Shown: positions 24,606 to 37,571, counted from the first letter of the stretch. The stretch is 64,000 nt of DNA from Rhodosorus marinus CCMP1338 (GCA_029953675.1 JAMWBK010000007.1:868001-932000); one strand, 5' to 3'. Notes: generated by a model not told the origin, from the letters alone. A program made the numbers and translations.

Positions 24606-26048
24606 CTACTGAGGGGTTGGGATGATGATGGTCTGATGGATCAAGGCTACGATCTCCTCTGCCTCGCAACCAGACTCCTTTGCGGCAGATCCAATTGATC
24701 CACAGTCTGAAAGGCTCTTGAGGAACTCAAATTGGTTATCCGAGAGCATCATCGGGAAGTAGTCTCCATCAAAGATTGTCTTGTTCGGGAACCCGTGGAT
24801 GCACGGGCTGATGGTGGCCGTGGCGTTGTGAAGCATTTGCGTGTCAGACCAGTCCACGGTATCGAATGGCTCCTTCGAAAGGAAGAACTCGAAGTGGGTT
24901 ACGCTCTCCGGATCCAGGTTCTCCACTAGTCTGTACTGATCTCGCTCCGGCAGGGACTTAGCCAAGTTCAGCAGCTCCTTGTCTTCTAGCACCCTGGCAA
25001 GGTCGAAAGTTCGAGGGTTTGAAAAGCCGATGAACTTGAGCTCCGCCGCGTCGATCATTTCGAACAGCGTGTCAATCGTGTAATCAATCTCCTGCGGGTG
25101 GAGGTACATGTCCGCGAAGGTTGCATCCCTCTCGTTCTCAGCTGCCCATCTCGACTCTTCGCGTTTACGAAGGCGATTCTCTTTGGGCAGAGCCCCAAAA
25201 ACTTTCCTTCCTAACTCGACGCCTCCTTTGAAATCAACTTCGCCTATGGATTGCCGGGGAGGGTGGCGGGGGGGAAGGAAGAAGTGCGGGCAAAGGTGTT
25301 TCTCTCAGAACGGATGATGGGGTCACACCCTATGTCGCTTGTTTGGCAAAGGGAGAAGAAAGTGCATACCTTGTTGTAGCAACGCAAGAGCTTTCTGCAT
25401 CAACTGGATCTCCCATCTACCGTTAAGTGCGTAGACAAAGATGTGCAGAATTCCTCCCGGCTTGAGCTTGTCCTTGAGCGCGAGAAGAGCTCTGAGCGGG
25501 TCCGGCGTGTGGTGGATCACCCCGACGCAGTTTATCATGTCAAAATCTCCCTCCAGTTCGCGTGCATCGAAGATGCTCTTCTGGATCAGCGTCGCGCGAG
25601 CAGCATTGTCCTTTCCTATACTCCTGGACAACCTCTCCGTCGCAACCTCGAGCGCTCCACTGGACAGATCGATACCCACAACCTCAGCCTGTTTGTTCAA
25701 ATGTACGAGATACTCCGTCCCGCAACCAGTCCCACATCCCGCATCCAGAATTCTAATATCCTCCGTCTCGGGCGCGCGCTTCGCACAGAAACTATAGGCG
25801 GTCGGATAGTGCCATCTCCAATTGTACCCAATCGGTTCTTCATCAATCAGCGGATCCGGAGGAAACGGATAAGCATCGTACAGCTTCTCAACTGTACTCG
25901 TGATCTCCCCCTCCGTATCAAACCTAGTAACGTTCCTCTCAGGCTGCGCAACCGAATATCGAACCGTCCCCGCCCGCGAACACCTCCTCACCAATCCTGA
26001 CGACTTGGTTCCCAACCCGCCGCCAGCCACAAACCCCGACTCCATCAT
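24606..26048 (-). CDS. Class I SAM-dependent methyltransferase, probably plastid-targeted; exons 26048-25370, 25243-24606
   Basis: ILDAGCGTG motif I, GIDLS, FDMINCVGVIHH, LKPGG. The flanking YPFPPDPLIDEEPIGYNWRW and FADMYLHPQEIDY blocks resemble a cyanobacterial-type family from memory, unverified. Confidence 0.88.
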
Positions 26049-26189
26049 TGTTAAATTACACAATCTCCTCTTAAAACAAAACGTATAAAAACGAACGTTC
26101 CTCACGATTTTTGTGCAGGTGCTCTTCAGATCAGACGGATTCTCACCTCCGAAACCGTCCACCCTCCCCGCTTAGGAATATCTCCATAT

Positions 26190-26845
26190 CTCCAGAATTG
26201 GTCCTCCCCCCAACCACCCATCCGACACGAAGGGTGACCGCGTCGATCATGCAAACCACCGCCGGATGGATGGAACGAGTGGTTGTTTCTTGAGCTGCTC
26301 AGAGGATTCGGAAGGGGATCTTTGATCACCTTCGCTGTTTTGTCTACCAGAAGATGCAGACTTGATCCACCAACCTCCCACGAGTCGTCGATCATGCAAA
26401 CCACCACCGGATGGATGGATCGGGGGTTTGTTTCTTGAGCTGCTCAGAAAAGGACTTCGGTAGGAAGTACTTTTGATCACCTTCGCACCCTGTCGATGCC
26501 TGGATCCGGTGGTTGTTTCTTGAGCTGCTCAGAGGATTCGGTAGGGGGTCTTTGATCACCTTCGCTGTTCCGCATATCTAAATATGTCCAGAATTGATCC
26601 ACAAACCTCCCACGCTCAAGAACGGTCTACATAGGGGTTGCGTTCCCCGAGGTCTTGCAAACCCCCGTGGATGGATAGATCGGGGGTTGTTTCTTGATCT
26701 GCTGAGAGGGTTCTGTTGGGGGTATTTGATCACCTTCGCTGTTCTTCATGTCTGAAGATGTCCAGAATTAGTCCACCAACCTCCCGCGGTGGCCTCGTCG
26801 ATCCTGGAAACTAGTGCGATGGAGACATCTTGAGCTGCTCAGAGG
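26190..26845. repeat. Irregular tandem array, about 5 degenerate units of roughly 85-175 bp
   Basis: TTGTTTCTTGAGCTGCTCAG or variants at about 26284, 26429, 26514, 26687 and 26828. TTTGATCACCTTCGC recurs four times, and GATCATGCAAACC and TCCAGAATT also recur. Confidence 0.9.
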
Positions 26846-29800
26846 CTACGTTGGGGGAGATTAGATGAATCATGCGGTTCTAAATATTTCAATTGGTTCT
26901 ACCAACCTCCAAACCTCACGAATCGTGACCTCATTGATCGGCTTGGCTTGCAATCCGCCAACAATGGGCGTTTATCGGGGCGTAGTAGCGATGGGTTCGA
27001 GAATTCGTCTCGAACTGTACCCTCACCTTCGCAAACTGTAGTTGCATCGACCTCATGAACTGGCTTAAGAGGATTTGGTTCCGGAGTGTCGTCATTGCCT
27101 TTAGAGAGAAAAGTTCCGAAAGCCCTCACCGACCGGAGCTCTTTGGGGTTCGTCGACAGCTTCACAATCGATAGTGCCGACTATTTCCGAGTCAGGACAA
27201 CCATTATCAATCTGCATGAGGTGTCCCACATAGTAAACGCTACACTCTATGATGCGCGCTTCGAGTGCTAAATAACGAGCGCGCTTGTCGTGTACTCACC
27301 GAAGCAGTTTTGGGAGACGTTGGTGATGGGACCAATCCCTCCTCCTAGATGTGACCCTCATCGACCGGGTTTGGGTTTAAGCACCCATGTGCAAGAGTCA
27401 ATTCGAGTCCAGGTGAACTCGCTTGAGTTTCCGTCAGAGGCTTGCGACGAAGACGGCGTAGTTTGACCCTGCCCAGCCAAGGACGCTGATTCGTCCTTTG
27501 CATGGGCTGAGCCCCGTTCCTTGCTCAAATTTCCTTCAAACTGACTGGAACAGGGCCTTTTGGGCCTCTGAAGATCTTAGTTTACTTGGCGCCCAATGGA
27601 GCGACATATTCGACTTTGACCTGCCCGCTCATAGTCAATGCGGCCCTCTTGGATAACCTTCTTGGATCTTGCGTCTTAAAAAAGCCAGACCCGTTTCTTG
27701 TTATCCTTCTTCTTCTGACGAGGAGCATGTTGCGTTCTTCGTTGAAAATGCGGGAAAGTGTCCATTTATGTCTCTTTTACGACGAAAATGGGATATTGAC
27801 GAGAGCATATCTTCTTCATTACCGGACTTGTGATCACAACGGATGCGGACCGAAGGCACCGCGGTAAAAGGACATGCAGCGTTCAGTATGGAAGTTTTCG
27901 AGAACCGCAAGAAGTCCTCCTATCGAGCCGTTGGCCTGTAAGGTTGGCCGCCAGGGCGATCGAGCCGGAATTGGGCAGGCGAAGGTCGCTTCCACATCTG
28001 TGAAAGCAAACCAGCTGGACGGCAATGCTCAGCTATCTGTGAGGGCGAAAGCATCGCCTCCTTTCAGAACATGAGGAGCAGTCTGCTCAATGATGACGGA
28101 CTATGCGCCGCCGTTCATTGGACTACTATCCGACGCTTTTGGCATAAGGAATCAGTGTACACGGATGCGCTTAGCAGCCCCGAGACTTTGCCGCCTGCCC
28201 TTGCTCGTCGGCTTATCCCCTTGGTTATGGACGTCTTCCGATTTTTGGCCTAACCCTGGCGGTGCTTGGAAGCGTGAGAGTCACAGACCTCCCTGATGCC
28301 TCGACTTTGACAATTCCTTAGATCTGGCAACACGCTCCTTGCGCCCTTACCTATCAACCTTCAGCGATCTGAATGCCTGGATCGCCGCCCATCCGCCAAA
28401 GCTCCCTCCACAGTCGCAGCAAGGATGTATCGCCGACTGTTACTCTCAGGATACAGTCTACAGACCTGAGTGGGCATCTATGGTAAAGCCGAGCCTGTCA
28501 CTAGTTATACGGGGGTGTCAGCCCCGCCCAAGAGTCACTCGGCTCTCCCCAACCCCAACGACTCTCCACAGAGTTTCAAAACCAGATCAATTGCGATTCA
28601 CATTATTATTTATTTCAAATTTTTGTTCCTTCCAATGATTTCCCCCACATACCCCCCCCTTATCCTAAATCAATTATACTCAATTTGTTCGTCATCTGTT
28701 TAAATTACAAATATTAGAAATATTAGATTTACCAATTCTATACCCCTCCTACAATTATTCTTAAGAAATCTATTGATTATTTATGAGATAAATATTTAGG
28801 CAAGGAGTATTATTGACTCCTTCGTTGTGGTTCGGCAAAGGGGAGATGGTCAAAAAATATTTTGCCCGGTAACCTCGCGAAACCGGAAAACGGAAAATTA
28901 TTTAAACACAAAAACTTTTCGATGTCGACAATTGGTTAATCGGAGAACTAAATGTATTTGGATATAATTCGCACGATATCCTGCATCAGGGCATTAATTG
29001 GATTATTGGATCACCAATAATATCCGAGGAAACGCGAAAGTATATATTTTAGTACTTTTATAGATCAAATCTAAGTTCTGATTTGGGCTGCAATTTGTTT
29101 ATGACAAACGATATTCTCACCGCTCATCCAATTAGAGGGCGGGCACAATAAACTATTTTCGAAATTAGATAAAACGGATTTTTTTTTTGAGGGAAGCGTA
29201 AAAGACCAAATTATGAAAGCATTCTTTAAATATGATCGAAGTTTGTTTTGAGGATGACGTTCTTACTTTGTTAGCAGCGTTTGGTATCAATATCTACGAC
29301 AACGTTAACTATATACAAGCAAGTATCATTATTTTGTCCGTAGGTATCCTTGTTTTAGAACTTTCGCGAACTTTGCCCTTGGGGGGCGGCTCTCTTTCCT
29401 GATGGTGGTGGTGCCTCCTGACCTGCACCTTCAGCAGACTTCTCATCTTGAAGCCGCCAGCTCGGGCTGGGGGGCGGGCGGGGAGGAGACGGGATTTCGC
29501 TGTTAGATTTGTTGTGCAGACCATCCTCTCCCTCACTACCTTGGGCGTCCTTATTCAGGAAGCGTTTTCCACCTGGTTGTGGTCCAGGCTCCCAGCCCTG
29601 CAGTGTTGTTCCCCATCCAGCAGAGAGACACACTCGCAACGGGGCTTTGTTCTCAAAAACCTTCAGATGGACTCGCGGAAAAAACAAACTTTCGGAAAGA
29701 AAGGAAATTTATGTAGGGGCGAGGAAGAGCATGACCAACATGGGTACGCAATGTAGAGCCATTCCCCCCCCGCATTTACCGCCACCAAAGCTGCCTAACG

Positions 29801-31519
29801 CGACGAGGACAGTATTCCAAGCGACGCTGGCGTGATCCGTGCTGAGTGAGAAATATGCTGCGAAGACCTTTCCGCAGCTCCACCAATCATGTGCACAAGA
29901 AGACGAAAAAAAGAAAAAAAAGAGACATAAACTCACCCAAGTTTCTAACAAAAAACGAAAAAACCGTTAGCGCGCTCTCTGCCATTCACCCCCCCCCCTC
30001 CCCCACAAAACACGCGCACGCACATCGATCCGTGCTGCTCGTTCTCTCCCCAACGCCAAGGACAACGACGTGTTTTTTTTCACCGGCTCCTCACAAACGG
30101 TTGCAGGATTGATTTGGTTGTTGCTCACGCCATAATCGAGCAGATAGACTTCCCCTCGAGCTGGTTCCGCACAAAAACCGTTCTGTCAATTGCCATTCCA
30201 AGGCCTCCCGCAATATGGAGGAAGGGGACGATGCGAACAGAGCATTTTCGGGGGTCCGAAACTCGAGAAAGAAATGGCTCCTCGACCTCAATAAGTGATA
30301 TGGGAGAGGAAAAGGAGGGGGGAGAAAGCTAAAGTTCCTTCCATACTATTGCCATCTGGTCTTTGAAAAGTCATCAGCAGGACTTTTGCCGATCTATTCC
30401 CGAGCAGACGACCGTCCTCACCCCCCAGCGCTCTCCAACTGGATTCCAAAAACCAATCCCTTCCCATCTCCTAACAAAATATTCCAAAAAAGCAATTTTG
30501 TTGTTGCAACGCTTTCCTCATTGGATAAACGAACTGCACGATCACCTCATTACGTAAGTGGGTTTTTATTGGTCAACCGAAAACAAAAAATGATTTGTTA
30601 GTATTTGTAAAGAAAAAAATAAGGATCATCTCCCCATCCGCAAATTCCATCCTCCTTCTTTTATTGGATACACGTAATGGCGTTCCACGAACCAAAATCA
30701 TTCTTTGTACCGAAGCCCCAATAATTTAATTAAAAACGCTATCACCGGCTCATGTATTATTGAAGAAAGTACATGGATGGATCCCTACCTCCAGTGATGT
30801 AAAACTATCCAGAAGTTTTGAGCTTTAGATACTTTTCATTGGTAGATCGAATTGTTATATCGTACTTAATTGGTACAAGAAATCCCTATATACATTTTCA
30901 TTGGATAATAATAATAAATATTCACTATATTAGTATTTTAAAACGATATTGTTTAAAATATTACGCTGTTCAATACCGATCGGATCCGCGAGGATCGATT
31001 GCTGTTTCGGCGTTTTTTGTACGAAAAACGAAGGTTGGAGGTGAAAAAAATTGTATTTTAGTAATAATATTAACGGAAATGAACAATGCGGATGGATGAG
31101 TTTTTGCCGGGTTTGTGGATAGCCAGTAAAAAGTACGAAAAAAGGAAAGAATGGGTTGCAGAGAGAGTGAAAATTTGGGGGTTTTTGGTTTGTGTTTTAT
31201 GAAGTAATTCTTATTGTCGATGTCTTGTTTTGTGAAGTTCTTTTGGGGTTGAGGTTGAGAGGTTGCTGAGTAATGGGAAATGGAAATAGGTGCGGAAGGA
31301 TTGTTTGGTGTGTGTGTGTGTGCGTGGGTGAGTATATATAGAGGAGTTTGAGGGAGTGAGCTAGTTAGGTTTGGTGTGCTGGCGGAAGTAATTTTTGATG
31401 AGGGATAAGGACAAGGAAGGATTAGAGTAGGGTTTAAGTGGCGTAAGGTATTAGGTCAGGTGCTGTTTTTTGGTCTCCTTTTTTTTTTTTAGGTTGTTGT
31501 TTTTGTGCTGAAGAACGGA

Positions 31520-32035
31520 ATGGGAAGGAGGAGGTTGAACAGAGTCTATCGATGCGACTTTGACGGCTGCGGGAGAGTGTTTCCGAGGAACTACAACCTT
31601 CAGGTGCATCGACGAGTGCACTCGGAGCAGACCCCTTTCAAGTGTACCTTGGCCGGATGCGACAGGGCTTTTAGGTGGAAGTCCAGTTTGCAGTGCCATA
31701 CGGTCTCGCATGCGAGAAGTATGGACAAGAGGACCCCGGAGAAGGTTGTTGAGAAGCCTTTTGATGAGAAACTATTGTCTACAGAGTCATCGTACGCTCT
31801 CTATGATGTTGCGCCGGAAGTCAGTGAGCTTTGGTTGGGAGATGAAACCGAGCGCGTGAACAACGGTGATGGGAGCGAATGCATCGACCCTCTGGATGTG
31901 GGAGGGTTTGAATACCCTGTGATGAAGCTACCCTCTGCTGAGCTCTCAGACATGACCGGTACTACCAGTGGGTCAATGGATGCCTGGAATTTTCTGGTTC
32001 TGGACGACTCGCATGGAGTTGGTAGCTTCCAATGA
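31520..32035 (+). CDS. C2H2 zinc-finger transcription factor with 2 CxxxxC fingers (ZF-A)
   Basis: YRCDFDGCGRVFPRNYNLQVHRRVH-SEQTP-FKCTLAGCDRAFRWKSSLQCHTVSH followed by an acidic tail. ATG at 31520. Confidence 0.9.
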   Translation: MGRRRLNRVYRCDFDGCGRVFPRNYNLQVHRRVHSEQTPFKCTLAGCDRAFRWKSSLQCHTVSHARSMDKRTPEKVVEKPFDEKLLSTESSYALYDVAPEVSELWLGDETERVNNGDGSECIDPLDVGGFEYPVMKLPSAELSDMTGTTSGSMDAWNFLVLDDSHGVGSFQ

Positions 32036-32604
32036 CCGGTTGGGACGGATTGAGAACTGTGTTTTCCCCTCACTGCGTAGATGAGGATAAATGCGGAGGA
32101 ACGACCAGGCTTTGGGATTGCCGCAGTACTGCTTTCGTATTCTGTCAAGGCGGATTGTGTTGGATGGCGCATCGGGAGGGTGCTGTGCATCCACAGCTGA
32201 TCAGACACTGATGGATGAGTAGCTGCGCTTAATGGTGTCATAGGTGGATTGGTGACTATCAGAGTGTGGTACTGTTGTGGATTGGCGCATTGTCTTTCGC
32301 ATTCCTTTTAGAGTTGGGGAACATGTTTTGTATTTATAGTCTTTATATAAAGCGCGAGATTCTGTATCTTAAAAAACAAACTCTTGCTACAAGGCAAAAT
32401 ATCCCATCGAGTCCGGATCTAGTGGCTCGGGGCCCTCATTCTCTAGTCCGGAGACGTCTATACTCCACGTCGTGGAAAACAAAAAGCAAGACAAGCAAGT
32501 GGTCATAAGACCCTGTCCGTGTCCGTGCAAGTGCCAAAAGCTATAACGGCAAAAATAAACAGCCTTGTCATCCTGCGCTACAAAAAGAAAAACTTAAGCC
32601 AAGT

Positions 32605-33018
32605 TCAATGCAAGCTCCTATAATGTCTAGTGAGGTGCTCCTTCTTCCCAAAGCTTGCCCTGCAGTATTCACATCGATAGGGCCGCTTCCTCTCATGCAC
32701 AGCGGCGTTGTGCTTCAGGAGATCCTTCCTGTAGAAGAATTTACTGTTGCACGAGCTGCAGGCGAACTTGCGCTCCTTTTCGTGAACGCATCGTACGTGA
32801 CTTTGCAGCGAAAATTTCCTCGGAAAAGCGATCTCACAACGGTGACAGGCGTGCAGTCGGCTTTCCCCATGAATGAACCTGTGATACCGCAGGTGAGCTG
32901 CTGTCCGACATCTTGTGTAGCATACCTTGCATATATACTGATGAGACGCATGAGAAACTACCCCAGAGTTGAGTAGAAACTCTATCTGCATCTTAGCAGG
33001 CGACATCACAGCAGCCAT
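32605..33018 (-). CDS. C2H2 zinc-finger protein with 4 fingers (ZF-B), intronless
   Basis: Four CxxC-x12-H-x3/4-H fingers; N-terminal MQIEFLLN; first ATG at 33018. Confidence 0.92.
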   Translation of the reverse strand: MAAVMSPAKMQIEFLLNSGVVSHASHQYICKVCYTRCRTAAHLRYHRFIHGESRLHACHRCEIAFPRKFSLQSHVRCVHEKERKFACSSCNSKFFYRKDLLKHNAAVHERKRPYRCEYCRASFGKKEHLTRHYRSLH

Positions 33019-36000
33019 ATTCAAATGACTTATCTACCAGCTTCACTGCGACCTACAACACCCTACAGCCTCAACTGCCATTCCCTACCGACGTCTCCCC
33101 CTCGACTCAGCTTGACATGCCCCACACACGCGCTCGCGGCTCCTATTATACCGTCTGCAGCTTTCAACCTCAACCTCTCTTTCGTCTTGTGTGCAAACAG
33201 CTCACGTCTCCAAACCCTCTAGACGAAGACCAAATTCGCCAACCCTCTTTTCGAGACTTTGCCTATCTCGGTACTCCACAACTACCCCTGTTTGTACCAG
33301 GAACGGGCGAAAGGATTCAACTCTCGAATAGACCCTAAACACAAGGCAGTAGACGAGCATACAAAACAAACCGTCCTCTTCATCAAATCCACGAGGAGCC
33401 GCTTCTATTCGTTGGGTTCTTTTCCTGCTACAAAACAAAGGGAAAAAATGGAACCTAATTTAACGCGTCCACAGTTGAAAAACTTACTTTTTCCGGATAT
33501 TTTTCCGTCCTATCCCCAAAAAGGTGTTTTAAGCTTTCCCTTCCCCACACACCATCGTTGTCTCCAACAAACCCCCCCCGACCCGCTTTCCCATGTGGAT
33601 TACCGCCCGCTCAACCACGTTCAGCCCTCATTGAAACCCCAGGAGAATCCACAAAGATGATCGAATTCAACCGAGATTCTACTCTTGATGCAACCTTACC
33701 GATAATCATCCACCCCCCGGTCTTCTGTACGCCACTCTCCCTTTTGTGAAGCGCAGGTCGTTTCTCCTCCCTGTAATAGTGCGACTGACGTGATTTAGAA
33801 AACTAAAATAATCTAGATCTTCCTTCATAATTATTTGAAAATAATAAGTTGAATATTCTTGAATATGGTCTATAGACTTATATTTGGTATAGGCATTCTA
33901 AACTGGAGTTGGTGGCGAAGGATCGCGAGCAATAGATTCAGCATCCGTTTCAGCCGGGGGCCGGGGCTGCGATGGCTCTCATGGCGAATTAATGAACAGT
34001 ATGGCAGTTGCTGAGGGACAATTTGAGGTGATTGGGAGAGGAATGAGATTATATATCCGTGCGCTGAAAAAAAGATGTTTCGAGGGGGAGAGGTGGGTGG
34101 GATTCGCTATGCGAATGGAAGTGTGTCTCTCTGTCTCGATGATTTTGCTCTGTTGATTCCTTTGTTTTTGGTATTGTCGACACTGGTTCGTCAGTCAAGA
34201 GTTTCCGTTGGTCTTAAAAGACTCTCCCACCCAATTTCTCCATTCTCGCCGCAACAGAACAAAAACAAAGAGGGGGATCCGCGCTGTGGTCGTTCGTGTT
34301 TCGCGTTTTTTTTTGGTTTTTTTTTACCCCCCAAGCTTCCCCTCCCCCCCTCCTTCCAACTCTGTTCAAACATCTTTCACCATGTTTTTCTCTCCTTCGA
34401 TTGATAACGGGTGGACGTTCACCATACCCACCATAAAACAAACAGATCAGGTTCTCTCTCTCTCTCCCTGCAAACTCTGGACACACGCAGATGCTAACAG
34501 AGGCAAGGGCATGTTTACCTGCAAAGTTTTTTTGATCGCGACTCCTTCCATCTCGTGCTCTTCGCGTGGCCGCCGTCAACCAATTCACTTGCTCTGCTAA
34601 GCAACACATAGGTGTTCATGATGCCACGTTCTTACTAACAGTTTCTGAATTCACCTGTCGTCGTGATCCACAAAAGAATTAACACGTGTCCTAAACAATG
34701 AATCCTATCCATTTAAATTAGTGCATGTGTCCGTTTGAAAACATTTCGGCCAATCCACATCTGTGAGTTTAGGACTGGTGGATCTCTCCTTTCAGGTGAA
34801 TCAACCGCAGGCTCGGCCGGCTTGGGTGCGCCTTGCCTTCTCTTGCTAGCTCACGGGCTCACGACAAATGTTTCTTTTGTGGACTTGTGTTTGGAAAATG
34901 TGCGCTGTCCTGACTGACTAAGCACAGAGAGAGCTTGGGAGCTAATTCACCAAGAATTTCTTTTTCTTCTACGGGAGGTTTGGAACACTGGTGGGGAATG
35001 ATGAACTTCAGTAGTATCCTCCGGAAACTGATGTACGGGGGGATTTTTTGCGAAGATCAATCAGAAACTCAGCAAAGCGCTTTGCTCTACTGCCGTTCCA
35101 CGGGAAAAACGGACACACGTCCCCCCCCCCGCGAACGGACCTACTCCGCTCCAGAGTGGCGACAGAAAAACGGGAGACAAATAGCAATCCTTTTCCCGCC
35201 AACGTATCACATATCTATTCATCTTTTATTAGTAGCACGTTGCATGCTCCGCGGATGGAAAGATGCTAAAATCGCTCTGCTCGGCAGTTGCAGAGGCCTC
35301 CAGCAACTCCAACACATGCGTGTTGCCCCTGCACACAAAGAATGCATTTCTCGCGTTTCCAAACCACAGAAAAGAAAGGAAAAAAAGAAAAAAATACACA
35401 ATAACAAATCCCAAAAAACCGTTCCATTCCATCGCCCCCAAGGCCCTCCCCCCCCAACACAGCCTCCCACTCCACATCAAACACCCAAAAACCAAAAAAA
35501 GAATACCATAACACCATCCGCTTCTCCACGAACTAGGTATTCAAACACCCACCGTCGCCCACACTTTCCAGTGTCTCTCGTCCTCATCCCCAATGCTTTT
35601 GTCATAAAATTTGCCAGACGCATCCGCTTGGGTCCCAAGAACCCTTTTCCCCACCCCCAACAAACCCAAAATAGTACCCTCCTCCCAAAACCGAGCATCT
35701 CACTGCCTGACGCAGATCGCCCCTCGCCTTCAAAATCCATTAAATTGTTTATAAAAATAAAAATATATCATCAGTCTCATTTCTATTCCCTCTCTCCCGC
35801 CCCCCATAAAAAATTATCTCCCCCTCCTCAAACTCCTAAATTACAACTACAGTTTGTCGCGCATATCGTCTGATTACGCTCAAAGAATTAAAATTCAGAC
35901 GAGTGGACATTATCAATCATTAAAAATGTAAGAATGGGGTTTAGGTCTTGTTTTTGAGACTATATCAATCATTTTGAAATGATCGAGGTTGTATGGCGAT

Positions 36001-36588
36001 ATTTTTGGAGTCAGAAACATTGGTTGTCTCCTCCCTTGTTTTGTTTGGCCAGGTGGAAAACATTTTTTGGAGGGGAGGGGGGGGGTGGAGGTTGTTGCTA
36101 ATTGGGGATATCTTTGATTGACACTAGATTTCTCGTCGTGACCTGGAAAATGGATGTTTTTGGAGGGGGTAGGTGAAGCCGGTGTTGTTCTCTGCGCGAG
36201 CTGAGGGAGCAATGGGAGAATCGAGACAGGAATCGAATTCAGGCTTGGGCTTGCTTTGGGTGGGTAAGCAGCCGGGGTTCGCCATGCGGAGGGGCATCGA
36301 CGTTTTTGGCGTTGGGAGTGGTGGATATGAGCGGCAAAAAGAAAGAACGAATTCTCCTTCGAGTAGCCCACCCTCCCCATGGCTATGAGAGCTGGCCAAA
36401 AGTGATTCTGTTCCGGTGTGACTTGCTTTTGGGCGTGGTGTTACGTTAGCCTTTTGGATCCATGCCCTTGGGAATGGGGGCCTGATTCGTTTTTCAATAT
36501 TTGAATTAACTTTTATTTTGTTACATAAGCATGAGTTTAGTATCGAGTTAGCTCCGGTAAGGACAGATTCAAGTTGTACACAGCTTTT

Positions 36589-37053
36589 CTACAGCACTTC
36601 AATCCTTGGGGGATGAAGCGCTTTGACATGCCTCTGCATGTGCTCCTTCTTTGCGAAAGCCCGAGTGCATGTCGGGCATTCGAACGGCTTCAACTTCTCA
36701 TGTACTGCCAGTACATGCTTCGGTAAGTCCTTCTTGAAGAAGAATGACTTGTCACACCTCTTGCACTTATGTCTCTTCACTTTCTCGTGCACGCACTTGT
36801 AGTGATTTCTGTAGGCAAACATCTTCGTGAAAGCCAGTTTGCAGTCATGGCAGGGAATCAAATCTTCCTGAACTCCATGCTGCAGCTTGTGGTACAGAAC
36901 CTCTCCCTTAAACTTGCAGGGACTCGAACATTCACCGCAGACCTTTCCTTCCTTGTTCTGAGGACTAGAATCTCCATCAGAAATGTCACTCATCACCTCT
37001 TCTTGTTCCTGGTCCGTGCACATCAAGAACTCCAAGCTCATCTTCCCCGCCAT
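36589..37053 (-). CDS. C2H2 zinc-finger protein with 4 fingers (ZF-C), intronless
   Basis: MAGKMSLEFLM, an acidic linker, then four fingers (VCGEC..., PCHDC..., KCKRC..., ECPTC...). Confidence 0.93.
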   Translation of the reverse strand: MAGKMSLEFLMCTDQEQEEVMSDISDGDSSPQNKEGKVCGECSSPCKFKGEVLYHKLQHGVQEDLIPCHDCKLAFTKMFAYRNHYKCVHEKVKRHKCKRCDKSFFFKKDLPKHVLAVHEKLKPFECPTCTRAFAKKEHMQRHVKALHPPRIEVL

Positions 37054-37549
37054 CTTTCCTATTTTCCCAACAATCTCTTTCAACGAACGATTAGATCAAC
37101 ATCCCTCTCCTTCACTCCTTCTCGCTCCTTCGACTATCCTTCCCTGCCCTCCAAAATGAACTGCCCAACTTATGCGGGCAGTATATATATACACCTTTGC
37201 TATTCCGTCGTCGCTGCTCCATCTCCCCCCGCGTTGGCACAGGGTACACAATAATACTCAGCTCCAATGCTATTTTCCGAAGATTACTTGGCACTCTACA
37301 GCCTTTCGCAAATCCATTGGATAAATTCCAAAATACCAAACCAATCAATACTCGATAGAAAAATTTATAATCCAATGAATACGCCGTTTCTATTTACATC
37401 CACCTGCAGCCTCTCCCTTTCAAAAAACAAACGCCAAAAACAAACAGTGGAAAACCCTGAAGACAATTTTTCCAAAATAAAGCAAAACCTTTCCGCGGAT
37501 TTGTTTACATAACCCGAAGTTTTTTCTTTAAATCCATATTTGGCTTCAC

Positions 37550-37571
37550 GGCCAATCAGTGGCCAATCAGT
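37550..37571. promoter_or_regulatory. Tandem CCAAT boxes (GGCCAATCAGT x2) about 500 bp upstream of ZF-C
   Basis: Exact 11-bp direct repeat matching the NF-Y consensus RRCCAATCAG, in an AT-rich intergenic core. Confidence 0.55.

Noticed and set aside
26190-26845. CRISPR-like reading of the repeat array
   Set aside because: Eukaryotic context, irregular spacing, inter-repeat segments homologous to one another, and no cas genes.
28071-28350. RNase H-like words (VYTDALSS, WKRESH, GNTLLA)
   Set aside because: They fall in different frames with key acidic residues missing; too weak to call.
34935-35873. 312-aa plus-strand ORF
   Set aside because: Non-ATG start, low-complexity K/P/Q/T composition produced by the C/A strand skew, and no domain.
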